Origin: the human T2T-CHM13v2.0 reference genome, Homo sapiens
Direction: 5' to 3'
NCBI GenBank assembly: GCA_009914755.4
Contig: CP086569.2
Location: 7,712,001-7,776,000, forward strand
DNA: 64,000 nt
In this document: in pieces, positions 1 through 17,896 of the stretch
How positions within the stretch are numbered: the stretch's first letter is position 1
How the letters are laid out: the number at the start of each line of letters is the position of its first letter
Notes under the pieces: generated by a model
Told to the model about the DNA's origin: nothing
The model's database searches: none
Seen by the model: the letters and a program-made list of their open reading frames with translations, nothing else
Made by a program: the position numbers and the translations under genes

Positions 1-1440
<1,440 letters not shown>

Positions 1441-1789
1441 TTTCATTTTGTTTTCTTTATTTCCATTTTTCTCATTAAGCATCATTCAGATGGTAATTTT
1501 AATTTCTTAGGGCAATTCATTTTTACCTGAAATGTGCTCAGGTAATTTTTACCTCTCAATTTGTTATTGCTGATTTCTGAATATTTATTTCGATCTTTCA
1601 ATGAACCATATCATCTTAACGTAATGTATATGTTGTAATCTGAGGTTGCAATTTGTATGATAAAATACCACATGTGAAAATGCTTATTAGGTGGCATTTT
1701 TTCTGGGGGAATATGATACCAAATTTTAGGCTAGAGATTCTTGAAGTCTCCACACCTGGTACATTGATGTTTTCTCTAGGCTTGTGTGG

Positions 1790-2125
1790 TTTTTTTTTTT
1801 TGTTAAAAAATATTCCCAATTTTTAAATTTTCTCTCTTTTTTGAGTTAAAATTTTACTCTTGTTACCCAGCCTGTGGTGCAATGGCATGATCTTGGCTCA
1901 CTGTAACCTCCACCTCCTGGGTTCAAATGATTATCCTGCCTCAGCCACCCATGTAGGTGGGATTACAGGCACTTGTTACCACAACCAGGTAATTTTTGTA
2001 TTTTTAGTAGACAAGGGCTTTCACCATGTTGACCTGGCTGGTTTTGAACTTTCGACCTCAGGTGATATGCCCACCTCAAACTCCCAATGGGCTGGGATTA
2101 TGGGTGTGAGCCACCACTCCTGGCC
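1790..2125 (-). mobile_element. Alu (reverse orientation) with a degenerate T-rich tail at its left end
   Basis: Poly-T at 1790–1801, then the reverse complement of an Alu right and left arm ('…ctgtggtgcaatggcatgatcttggctcactgtaacctccacctcctgggttcaa…gggattatgggtgtgagccaccactcctggcc'). Confidence 0.9.
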
Positions 2126-5100
2126 TTTCTCTGTTTCATATTGAGATCCTGTAGTCAATTACTATATCCATTGTCTGTCTATGATACTGAAGTCTTTCTT
2201 GTAACAGTCATTTACCTTTGATCTCACTTGCCCCAAACTGTCAAAGAATACCACCTTTCCCTTAACACTGTCATAGAATATAGAAATTAGTCTTTAGTAA
2301 GTTGTCACATCACACATTTACAAAGCCCACTGTTGATGTACTGAATCTAACAAAAGAAAACAGTACAAAGGTGGAATTTCGACTCTCATGTGTGGATCTG
2401 GTCACAGGTCTGATTGTGACTCATGTATGGAGCCAGCACTCAGGCATAAAAATGGGTCTTATTCCTTAACTCAGCCTAAATATGAGACTTTGACTATCAT
2501 ACATGGTTTTAAGGCAATATCTAACATTGTGAGTCCATATGAGCTTGTGGGCCTCAGAGTAGTTTGCAACACTCATGCTTGTCATAAAAATTTCTCGGAT
2601 GTTGAAAGGGTGTCATACAATGCCCCAGAACACATGTGACATTATGACTCTCATATGCATGCCAAGCTAACAGTTAAAGGTGTCACCCTCAAAGATGAGG
2701 AGATTGTGGCATATCACTTGGCCTAGTACCCAGGTGTTAAACTTTTACTTAAATCATTCCCCATGTGTGCATTGTGACATATTGTTGGGTCAGAATCATA
2801 ATAATGTGACTCATGCCTTGGCCCTGCCAACAAAGGATATTACCACATATCTATGAGCCTATCAGCTAGGTCATTTGTCTATTTTGCCTGTGATTTGCCC
2901 AAAAGTAGCATTGTGATGTTGGTGGGCATAGCGTCTAGGAAATGTGACTCTCCTCTCCTGCCTAGGTCCTGCCCGTAAACTAATTGTGACATACTGGTGA
3001 GTGCAAAACCTAGTTAATGCAACTCTCCCTTTTATTATGGATTCCTCCAAAAAAGGGGATTACTACATATTGCTGAGCCCAGCACCAAGGTGGTGTGACT
3101 CTCCCCTTTTTCTTCAAACTATGTCTACAGGGAACATGGTGCCATATTATTTGAGGCTGTACCCAGGTGATGTGACGCTTCTAACTTGGTCCTGGCTGCA
3201 AAGAAGATAATAATGTATCCTGAGCTCAGAACCCAGGGGGTGAGACCCTCCTGCCTTGTTTCTGCCCACAGGTGAAATTGTGACATATAGCTGGGTTCAA
3301 CTCACATGCACTAATATAACAATCATACTTCGGCCCAGAGAGATATTTTGGCTCTCATAGTCAGTCTTATGGCAATAAGTAAAGTAATGGGTCATTTAAT
3401 TGTATGAATTTCATAGAGGATTATGACACTCAGGTATACCATATAAAGCCAGAGTGATACAAACAGTGTTATAACAGGGAACAACAATCAGGTGCAGTTG
3501 TGACTCTTGGATGCACACCCAGCTGACCCCATTTTTATTCTCTCAAAAGAACAGGTACAATTAGGGTACTAAATCTCACACAGAGGTGCACTCAAAGGCC
3601 AGACATGGTGACTAATGCCTATTATTCCAGCACTTTGTGATATAAACCTAAGGCAAGCACCTGTGTGATTTCACTCTTCAGACTGGATCTAGCCTACAAA
3701 TGGGATTTTGATATCTACCTGGGTCAACATTGAAATGATGTGACTTTTCTGCCTGTATCTTGCTTAGTAAGAATAGTGACATCACTAGATCCAGCACTTA
3801 GGTGAGGTTACATTCTTGCCTGCACCATGCCCACAGACATCCTTGTGACATATCACTGTGTCCATCAATTAGAAGACATAACTCTCCTCTCTGGAATGGG
3901 TCCTGCACACAGGGCAGAACGGAGACATATTTCTAGGCCAGGCACACAATATTCTTTTGCAAGTGCCATGCTCAAAAAAGGGCATTTTGACATATCATGG
4001 AACCTATCATGTAGGTGATATGGCTCTTCCTCTTGGGACCTGCCCTCTTGAATAGTGACATATTGCTAGGCCAGGCACAAAGGTGATGGCACCCTTATCA
4101 GGGTCATGCTTTAAGGAGGGCTTTGCAACATATCTCTGGCCTAGTTGATGTGACTTCCTGCTTGGTTCTGCCACATAGATCATTGTGACATAAGGGTGAA
4201 ACCTGCATCTAGGTGATGTAACTCTCGTCTGGGTCCTTCTCTAAGGGTGACTTAAGAATATCTCAGGACACAGGACGAAATGATTTGGCTTTTCTATCTG
4301 GTTGTTCCAACATATTAAATTGTGACATATTCCTAAAGAAGCATCTAGGTTATATGACTGTCTTTTTCTGCCTGAGCCATGCCTACTGGTTGCATTAGGC
4401 CATATCTCTGAGACCACAACTTAAGTGATATGATTATTCTTTCTGGGCCTTTACAATGGGAATATTGTGACACATTGATGAGCCTAGCACTTAGGTAATA
4501 TGACTCACATCGTCTTGCTGAACAAGGCCCACAAACAGAACTTTTGACATATTTCAGGGCCCAGCACCTGGATGATGTTACTCTTCTGCCTAGGACATGT
4601 ATAAAGAGAAAATTATGGCATATTACTTGGCCTACCTGCTAATGATGTGACTCTCCTTTCTGTACCAGAGCCACAGAAGGTATTTTGACATATCTTTGTC
4701 CCATTCTGTAAGTGCTTTGGCTCTCATCACATTGCTGGTATTCTTCCACATGTGGTTGTATCAAATTTCTGGCTCAAGCTGTCAGTTAATTTGAGCCTAA
4801 TTTTTAGGCTCTGCCTAGAGAAGACATTGTGGTATATTGCTTGGCAGAGCATCTAAGTGATGTTAACCCTGTGCCTAATTTTTTGCCCACAAATTGGATT
4901 GTGACATACACCTTGCTTCAGTTCAAAACATAATGATCAAGCTTATATTGGGAATCAGCCAATAGAAGATATTTTGCCTCTCACCACTAGGATTATGTCA
5001 ATAGGTGAGGTTCTTCACTGCAAATGTGTACAAAGTTCACAGAAGTTTACAACAGTTATTCACATAATACAAACTTCTTGGGTGGGACAGAGATATTTAT

Positions 5101-6187
5101 AACAGGATGCAGCCAAAAGTTAAGATTGTGACCCCAACAAGCCCCCTGTTGAGATCCTGAGTCTAACAACTGAATAAAGCACAAAGTTGGAATTGTGCCT
5201 TTCAGAAGTGAATCTGGCCACAGGTGGGATGGTGACCCATTCTGGACCAAGCTCACGGCATAATGATGGTCTCATCCCTGAAGTCAGCCTATAGGAGAGA
5301 TGTTGACTGTCATACCTGGGTTTAGGGCAATATGTGAGATCATGAGTCCATATAAGCATGAAGAACTCAGAGTTTTGAAACTCTCATGCATGTTGTATAA
5401 AATTCTCAGATGTAGTAGAGAGTGTCACACAATGGGCAGCACACACGTGAGATTGTGACGCTTATATTCACAACTAACAATGATGTCACTCTTAAAGATG
5501 AAGCTATTGTGTCATATCTCTTGATCTAGTACCCCAGCGTTCAGTCTTTTTTGTTTAAATTCCTTTCTATAAGGGCATTATGGGTCAAAATCATGATAAT
5601 ATGTGTCTTCTGCCTGGGCCCTGGAAACAGGGGCTATTTTCACATATCTTCATTGTAACGCACGATTGAGTGCAAAACTTAGGTGACATGCTTCTCTTCT
5701 TTGTCCTGAACTCTGCCGAGAAAGAATTATTAAATATTGCTAAGTGCAGCAACCAGGTGATGTAATTCTCTTTTTTTTTTTCCTTTAACCCATCTACGTT
5801 GGGCATGGTGATCTATTACTTTAGGCTGTCCCTGCCTACTGGGGACATTGGGATACATCTCTGAGCCCATGGCATACATGAAATGGCTCTTTTCTTCTGC
5901 CTGGTCTTTGCACTGGGGGAATTGTGACATATATCTGAGCCTAGCACTCAGGTTATTTGACTCTCATTTTTTTCTCAAACCATGCCCACAAACAGAAATT
6001 TTGACTTATTGCAGAGCCCAGCACTGAGATAATGATACTCTTTTGCCTGGTTCCAGCATATAGAGAGAATTATGGCATACTGCTGGGCTCAGCACCTGGA
6101 TAATGTGACCGTCATGCCTGTGCCAGAGCCACAGAAGGTATTTTGCCATATTCTATGCCCATTATGTAGGTGTTTTGACTCTCATCC

Positions 6188-6236
6188 CTTGGCTGTTTTG
6201 TTTGTTTGTTTGCTTGTTTTGTTTGTTTGTTTTTCA
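6188..6236 (+). repeat. (GTTT)n / (GTTTT)n microsatellite inside array 1. A second one lies at about 8635–8665.
   Basis: 'ttgttttgtttgtttgtttgcttgttttgtttgtttgtttt'. The complementary (CAAA/CAAAA)n occurs at about 35528–35560 in array 2, consistent with opposite array polarity. Confidence 0.8.
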
Positions 6237-9200
6237 CATGTTGGATGGTTCATGTTGCTGAATCTAACACCCATTTAATGTGACTCTAATTCCTATAATC
6301 TGCCTAGAGTGGGTATTCTGACATGATGCTTAACACAACTCCTAAGTGATGTTACCCTTCTACCTATTTTTTTGCCCACAGATGGAAATATGACATATAC
6401 CTTAATTAGTTCACAGGCATAATTGTCAAACCTGTACTGAAATTCAGCAAATAGAAGATATGTTGCCTTTCATCACTAGGCTTAGTGGAATAGATAATGT
6501 CCTGAGTTGCATATTTGTACCATGCTTACAAAACTTTACAATACTAACTCATAATATATAAACTCCTTGGGTTGTACAGAGGCTTTCATGACAGGCAGCA
6601 GCAAAAAGTTTTGATTGGGACTCTCAATTACACTCCCAGATGAAAGCAAATATTCTCCCCATCCCACATGACCTAAGCACACTATTCAAGTCCTGAGTCT
6701 AAAAAGTGAATAAAATATAAACCTGTAATTGTGACATTCATATGTGGATCTGGCCACAGATGAGATTGTGACTCACTTCTGAATTCAGCTCACAGGAATA
6801 ATAATGAGTACTATTCCTGAAAAGAGCCTACAGAAGAGATGTTGACTATTATGCCTGTGTTTAGGGCAATAGCCAAGATTGTGAATCCATACAAGCATGT
6901 AGGTCTCAGAGTGGTTTGCAACCCTCATGCATGCTGTATAAAGCCTTTAAATTTTGCATAGTGTCATACAATGGCCCAGGAATCATGGGAGATTGTGACT
7001 CTCATATACAAACCAAGCTCACATTTAATGGTGTCACCATCAAAGACAAGGAGATTTGTCATATTCCTAGGCCTAATACCCAGGTGTTGAGAATTTTTGA
7101 CTTAAATTCCTTCCCATGGGTACATTGTGACATATCGTTGGGTTAGAGTAATAATAATGTGACTCTTCTGCCTGGACCCCACCAACAGGGGATATTATCA
7201 CTTATCTCTGGCCCTGTAAGCTAGACGATTTATCTCTGCTGCCTGTTCTGTGCCCTCAAAGGACATTGTGAAATATTGTTTGACTTAACTCCTAGGTAAT
7301 GTGACTGTCTTCTACTGCCTCGGTCCTGATAACTAAGGAAATTGTGACATATTGATTATTGAAAAATCTAGGTGATGTGACTCTCCTTCTTATTCTAGAC
7401 TTACCCAAAAGAGAGGTTTATTACATATTGCAGAGCCCAGTAAATAGGCTGAGTGGCTCTTCTCTCTTTCTTCTTCCCTTTCTATAATGGGCTTAGTAAC
7501 ATACTATTTGAAGCTGCACCCAGGTGTTGTGATTCTTCTGAATAGACCCAGCCTCAAAATTAGATTATACTGTATCACTGGCTCAGCTCCCAGATGATGT
7601 GCTTCTCTTGCCTTGCCCCTGCTTACAGGTGAACTTGTGACATATTTCTGGTTTAAGCAAACATGCACAATAATAACTCTCATACCTGGACTCAGCCAGC
7701 AGTTTTATTTTTACTGCCATAGTCACTCACTCTCACTGTCATGGGTAAAGTCCTGTGTTTTTCACTTGTATAAAGTTCACTAATGATTATAACACTCAGG
7801 TGTATCATAAAAAGCATTGATGATAAAAAGAGTGTCATAACAGACACCAGCAGTGAGGTGAGAATGAGACTCCTGTATGCACACCCAGCTGAAACGATTG
7901 TCATTCTCACACATGAACATGGCCTGGGAATGAGTTATTAAATCTAACATATATAAAGCAGTCAAAGATTGAAATAATTACTTTCATACATGGATCAGAT
8001 TCAGAGGTGGTTTGGTAACATTTGAACCATAATTCAGCACAGCTGTGGTGCTGTGACTTCCCTGTGGGAACAAAATCTTACAGTCAGATTGAGGTTTTTA
8101 TAGATGGATCTTGCCGATTGTTGAGACTGACTCCTATACTTCAACCCAACTCATAGAAAGAGTTGACTCACATACACAAAACCACACAACTTGTGTGGAA
8201 TGTGAAACTTATTTTTGAACTTTCTGAGAGTGTGTTTGAGTCAGGTAACTTTGCCCAGGACATGAATAATTTGACCGTCTTTTCTAGGCCCAGACAACAG
8301 ATGAAATTGTGCCATATGAGGAACAAGCACCTAAGCAATATATAGCAACTTCCTTGGCTCTGCCAACAAAGGACACTTTCATATATCACTGGGACCATTA
8401 CCAAGGTGGTGTGAATTATCATCCTGAAACCTGCCTACAAAGAGAATTGCTTCTTATATGTAGGTCCTTCACATAAGTGAAGTGACTCCCTTCTAGTTCT
8501 TTGGCCCTGCACTTACAGTGCATTTTGACATGTAACTGTGCACTTCACCCGCGTGATGTGATTCTCTATTTTGAGTTTTGTCCACAGGAAGCATTGTAGC
8601 ATATCACATGGATTAGCACCTAGGTGATTTTTGTTTTGTTTTGTTTTTTGCTTTTGGCTGTGTCCTCACCACAGGGAGACTGTGATATGTTGCTGGGCTT
8701 AGTAACAACGTGAGGTCACTCTCCAGCCTTGCTACTGCATAAAAGGGTCATTGCGACATATACCTAGGCCAATTGCCTAGGTGAAATGAACCTCCTCTTT
8801 TGCCAAAGTCCTGCTTACACTGGGAGTTTTGATGTAACTGAAACCAGCATCCAGATTATGTGACTCTTCTGCAAGGGTCCTGCACACTAGGAGGATTGTA
8901 TTGTTTCTCTGGACCCAAAAACCCTATGGTGATGTAACCTTTCATTTGTTGTCTCTGGACACAGGTGTTATTGTGTCATATGTGAGACCACAGCAGAAGC
9001 CAAATAACAATTCATATGCCTGAAGCCAGGGCATGTGCAGGATTGTGAGCCTTATTCTGAAATTTTTCCATAAGTGTAATTGTGACATTTACCTTTGCAC
9101 AGCTCCTGAATGATTTAATAATTTTGTCTAGGTATAGCCCACAAATGAGATTTTGACAAACGCCTATGCCAAGCACCTTTGTGATTTGACTCTGTCATCT

Positions 9201-11526
9201 TAACAATGTCCTCAGGAAGGATTGTAACGTACATCTGGACCAATTGTCTAGGTTACGTGACCCTGCAAACCTGCTTGTACCTTGCTTATTTTAGTAATTG
9301 TACCATTTCTAAAAACTGCATCCAAATGGTATGACTTTCTTGCCTGGGCATTATCAACAGGAACATTGTGACATATTTTTGTGTCCATCATTTAGGTGAT
9401 ATGACTCTCCTCCTCTGCCTGGACACTGCCCACAAAGGACATTATGCCACAGAGCTGGAATTAGCACACAAGCTATGTGTCTACAAAGAGAATATAGAAA
9501 TATTCCTGTCCCAGCATTTAGGTAATGTGGCTGTTCTGCCTTCTTCATAACAACAGAGGGCATTGTGACATATACCTAGGCATGGCTCACAGGAATGATA
9601 ATGAGTCTCATATTGGAATAAAGCCAGTAGAGGCTATTTTGACTCTTATAACTAGGTTTATGAAAATGTGAGATGTCATGGATTACCTCCTGGTTCGAAG
9701 GTCATAAAAGATTACAATATTGACACTTATTTTACAAAGTCTTCTGGTTATAAAGACAGAGTCAAATCAGGGCTCAGCACAGAGATGAAATTGTGAGTCT
9801 TTTATACAAACCCAACTGACAGTCAAGACTGTCATAATATTACATGGATGAAGCCAACTGTCAGACATGAAAAGAGGACATGTATAGTGTTGCAAATTTC
9901 ATGTGTGAAATTTCTGACAGTGTGACTGTCATATAAATCTTTGTGAAGCACCTTTGTAATTTGACTCTTCAGACTTGTTCCAGTCCATATGTGGGAATGT
10001 GATATCTACCTAGATGAACCTTGAGGTGATGTGACACTCCTGCCTGGGCTCTTCTCCCAGTAAGGATTCTGTTGTATTACTGGATCTAACACCCAAGTGA
10101 TCTTACATTCTTGCCTGCACCATGAGCAAAAAATTGTTGTGACATATTTTTGTGTCCACCTCATAGGAGATATAACTCTCTTCTCTGGAATGGATTCTGT
10201 ACAAAGGGAGGATAGTGACATAATGTAAGGCCAGGCACAAAGGTGAGGGTATTTTTTCCCATAGCCATGACCAATGGAGGACATTATGACATATCTCTGG
10301 GCCTATCACTTAGGATATGCGGCTTTCCTGTTTTTTCCCTGCCAACCTGGAGAGTGACATATTTCTAGGCTAGGAACACAGGTAAGGGTACTCTTGCCAG
10401 GGCTATGCTTCATAATGGACATTGTGATAGGTCTCAGGGCCTATCACCTAAGTGAACTGACTCCCTCCTTAAGCCCTACACATATTGTAGGCTTAAGCAC
10501 AGAACCTGCACCAGGGTGATGTAACTATATTTGCCTGGGTGCTGTTCTAAAAGAGCCTTGTGACATATCTCATGACCCAGCAACCAAGTGATGTGGCTCT
10601 TTTGCCTGATTTCTGCCCACATGTTATAATGTGACATATTCCTAGGGAAGCACCTAGCTGATAGGACTCTCCTTGTCTGCCTGAGCAGCTTAGGTCTGCT
10701 GAGCCTAGCTTAGTTTATGTGACTCTACTCTTTTTTCTGAATTATGCCCACAAACGAAAATTTTGACCTACTGCACCCAGATGATGTTACTGTTCTGCCA
10801 GAGTCCTGTATAAAGAGGGAATTTTTACATACTGGTGGGAGCAGCATCCTGACGATGCTACTGGTTGGCCTGTGCCAGAGCCACAGAGAGTATTCTGACA
10901 TATCTCCAGCCCATGCTGTAGGTTTTGGCTCTCATCCCTTGGCTAAGTTTTTCACATGTGGAACTGTGTTATATTAATCAGTCCAGCACCCAGTTAATGT
11001 GACTCTCCTTCCTAGGTTTTACCGAGTGAGGGCATTGTGACATGTTGCTTGCCACATCACCTAAGCTATTTTATTCTTTGTTCTAAGTTTTTGCTCACAA
11101 ATGGGATTATGTCATATACCTTGCTTCAGTTCACATGCATGATGGTCAAACTTATATTGAGATTCAGCTAATAGAAGGTATTTTGTCCCTTGTCACTAGG
11201 CTAATGGAATAGGTAAAATCCTGGGTTGCATTTTTGTAGAAGGCTCACAGAAATTTACAACGCTAATTCTTATTCTACAAACTGCTTGGGTGGTACAGAG
11301 AGTTTCATAACAAGGCCCCACAAAAAATTATAATTGTCATCATCAATGACACACCCAGTTAAGAGTAAAAGTTACAGGAATCCCACATTTACAAAGCTCA
11401 TTGTTGAAGTACTGAGTTTCACTAGGGAAAACAGAATAAAGATGGAATTTTGACTCTTATATGTGGATCTGGCCACAGGTGTGATAGTGACTGATTTTTG
11501 AACATTATCATGTATCCTGAGGTTAC

Positions 11527-11855
<329 letters not shown>

Positions 11856-12699
11856 CTAAATGAGAGAAATTGACTATCATATCTCAGTTTAAGGCAATAT
11901 ATAACATTGTGAGTACATATGAGCCTGTGAGTCACAGTGTAGTTTGCAACTCTCATCCATGATGTATAAAGCCCTCAGATGCTGTAGAGGGTTTCATACA
12001 ATGGCCCAGCATGCATGTGACATTGTGACTCGTATACATACTAAGTTCACAGTTAAAATTGTCAGCCTCTAAAATGAAGAGATTGTGTCATATCACTGGG
12101 CCAACTATCAGGGTGTTAAAACTTTTGCTTAAATTGTTACCCATGTGTGCATTTTTACATATTATTGGGTCAGAATTATAAGAATGCGACTCTTCTTCCC
12201 GGGTCCTGCCAATGAGGGATATTATAACACATCTCTGAGCCTATTAGCTAGGTGATTTTTCTATTTTGTCTGTGTTTTGCCCCCCCAAGGAACATTGTGA
12301 CATCTCTGGAAGTAGCATCTAGAAAATGTGACTCTCCTCTCCAGCCAGATCCTGCCAACTAAGGGAATTGTGACATACCACTGAGGGCAAAACCTAGGTA
12401 ATGCAACACACTTCTTTATTCTGGAGTTGGCCAAAAGAGGGGATTATTTCATATTGCTAAGCCCAACACCTAGGTGATGTGATTCTCCTGTTTTTCTTCA
12501 ACCTTTTCTACCATAGACGTGGTGCCATATTACTTGAGTCTGTCCCCAGATGATGTTACCCTTCTGACTTGGCCATGCATCCAAAGAAGATTGTAAAGTA
12601 TCCTAAGCACCGAATCCAGGTGACAAGACTCTCCTGCCTTGTTTCTGCCCTCAGGTGAAATTGAGTAGGCTAGAGCACTGTCACCCTTAGTGGTTAGCT

Positions 12700-14092
<1,393 letters not shown>

Positions 14093-14615
14093 CTGCAGGA
14101 AAACGAAAAGAGTCAGCTGAAAAAAAAAAAAAAAGAACATAACTCTCCCATCATGAGACACAGATTAATACATTTTACAAATGTATAATTATACAAAACA
14201 CGTTAACTAGGTGACACTAAAACACCACAGGTTCTAATTCCTTTATAGACATATAAACTTAACAGAAATATACTGACCAAAATGTCATTGTGAAAAGTCT
14301 AAGAACCAGTTAAACCTTTGCTATTCTTCATCCTATTATGAGTATAAATATAAACTCCTAACTTCTGCCTTACCCATCCAAAAATAAGTAAAATTGTGGC
14401 ATCTTTGTCAATGCTCCTGGCTCTTTGTGACCTTACTAAAGACTAATTTCTATATTTCATGACAGTATTGAAAAGAAAGGTGGTGCTCTTTGATACTTTT
14501 GGACAGCTAAAACCAAATGTAAATGACTGTCACAAGAGAAGGAAGATGTCACTATCATTGATAGACAATGGAAATAACATCTGACTACAAGACCTTAATA
14601 AGAAATATGAAGAAT

Positions 14616-14955
14616 GGCCAGGAGCAGTGGTTCATGCCTGTAATCCCAGCACTTTGGGAGACTGAGGTGAGAGAATCACATGAGGTCAGAAATTCAAAAT
14701 CAGCCAGGTCAACATGGTGAAACTGGTCTCTAACAAAAATACAAAAATTGGCCAGGTGTGGTGGCAGTCTGCCTGTAATCCCAGCTATTTAGCAGGCTGA
14801 GGAAGAAGAATTGCTTGAAGCTGGAAAGTGGAGTTTGCAGTAAGCCAGGATTGCACCATAGCACTCTAGGCTGGGCAACAAGAGTGAAAAAGCAACTCAA
14901 AACTAAATAAATAAATACATACATACATACATACCTACCTACATACATAAAAATA
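14616..14955 (+). mobile_element. Alu with (AAAT)/(ATAC)n tail microsatellite
   Basis: 'ggccaggagcagtggttcatgcctgtaatcccagcactttgggagactgaggtgagagaatcac…' then 'aaataaataaatacatacatacatacatacctacctacatacat'. Confidence 0.9.
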
Positions 14956-15141
14956 AGAAAAAAATGAGGAAAATTTTTTAACTAAAAAACACACAGGCCC
15001 AGGGGAACAGGCTTGAGAGACTCCAAGAATCTCTAGGATAAAACTTGGTAGCTTATTTTTCAAGACAAAAGACACTTAATAAAGATTTGACATGTGGCTT
15101 TTTATTATATAAATTGCAACCTAAGATTACAACATATAACA

Positions 15142-15425
15142 GGCCGGGTGCGGTGGCTCATGCCTGTAATGCCAGCACTTTGGGAGGCTGAGATGGGAGG
15201 ATCACGAGATCAGGAGATCGAGACCATCCTGGCTAACACAGGGAAACCCCATCTCTACTAAAAAATACAAAAAAAAAAAAAATTAGCCGGCATAGTGGTG
15301 GGTGCCTGTGCTCCCAGATACTCAGGAGGCTGAGGCAGGAGAATGGCGTGAATCCAGGAGGTGGGGCTTGCAGTGAGCCGAGATCACACCACTGCACTCC
15401 AGCCCGGGCGACAGAGCAAGACTCT

Positions 15426-15468
<43 letters not shown>
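15142..15468 (+). mobile_element. Alu (young-looking, AluY/S-like) with an uninterrupted 38-nt poly-A tail
   Basis: 'ggccgggtgcggtggctcatgcctgtaatgccagcactttgggaggctgagatgggaggatcacgagatcaggagatcgagaccatcctggctaacac…' with pure A at 15431–15468. A possible imperfect 11-bp target-site duplication flanks it: 'ttacaacatat' on the left and 'ttacagaatat' on the right. Confidence 0.9.
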
Positions 15469-15469
<1 letters not shown>

Positions 15470-15479
15470 ACAGAATATA

Positions 15480-17105
<1,626 letters not shown>

Positions 17106-17561
17106 ACCATCTAGGTTTTGCAATCAATCGTATATCACAATTCCTTTGGTGAACAGTACCAGGCAGGGGAGGAGAATAACATTACCTAGATGCTAGTTTC
17201 AGCGATATTTTAAAATGTCCTTGGGGGCAGGGCACAGGCTGCAGAGACATATCACCTAGCTGATAGGCCCAGATATATGTGATAATATCCCCTGTTGATA
17301 TGGCCCAGGCAGCAGAGTCACATTATTATTATTCTGACCCAGAGATATGTAATAATGCAGCCATGGGAAAAAAATAGAGCCAAAATCTCACAACACCTGG
17401 ATACTAGGCCCATTGACATGACACAATCTCAACATTTTTGAGGCTGACACCTTTAACTTTTAGCAGACAGTGTATATTAGAGTCACAATCTCACATGTGA
17501 GCTGGGTCAGTGTATGACACTCCCTACAACAACCAAGAGCTTTATAAAACCTGCATGAATG

Positions 17562-17896
<335 letters not shown>

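Noticed and set aside
1441-1789. AT-rich sequence between the L1 fragment and the Alu, a possible continuation of the L1
   Set aside because: The translation no longer matches L1 ORF2 upstream sequence and I recognise no repeat. I left it unannotated.
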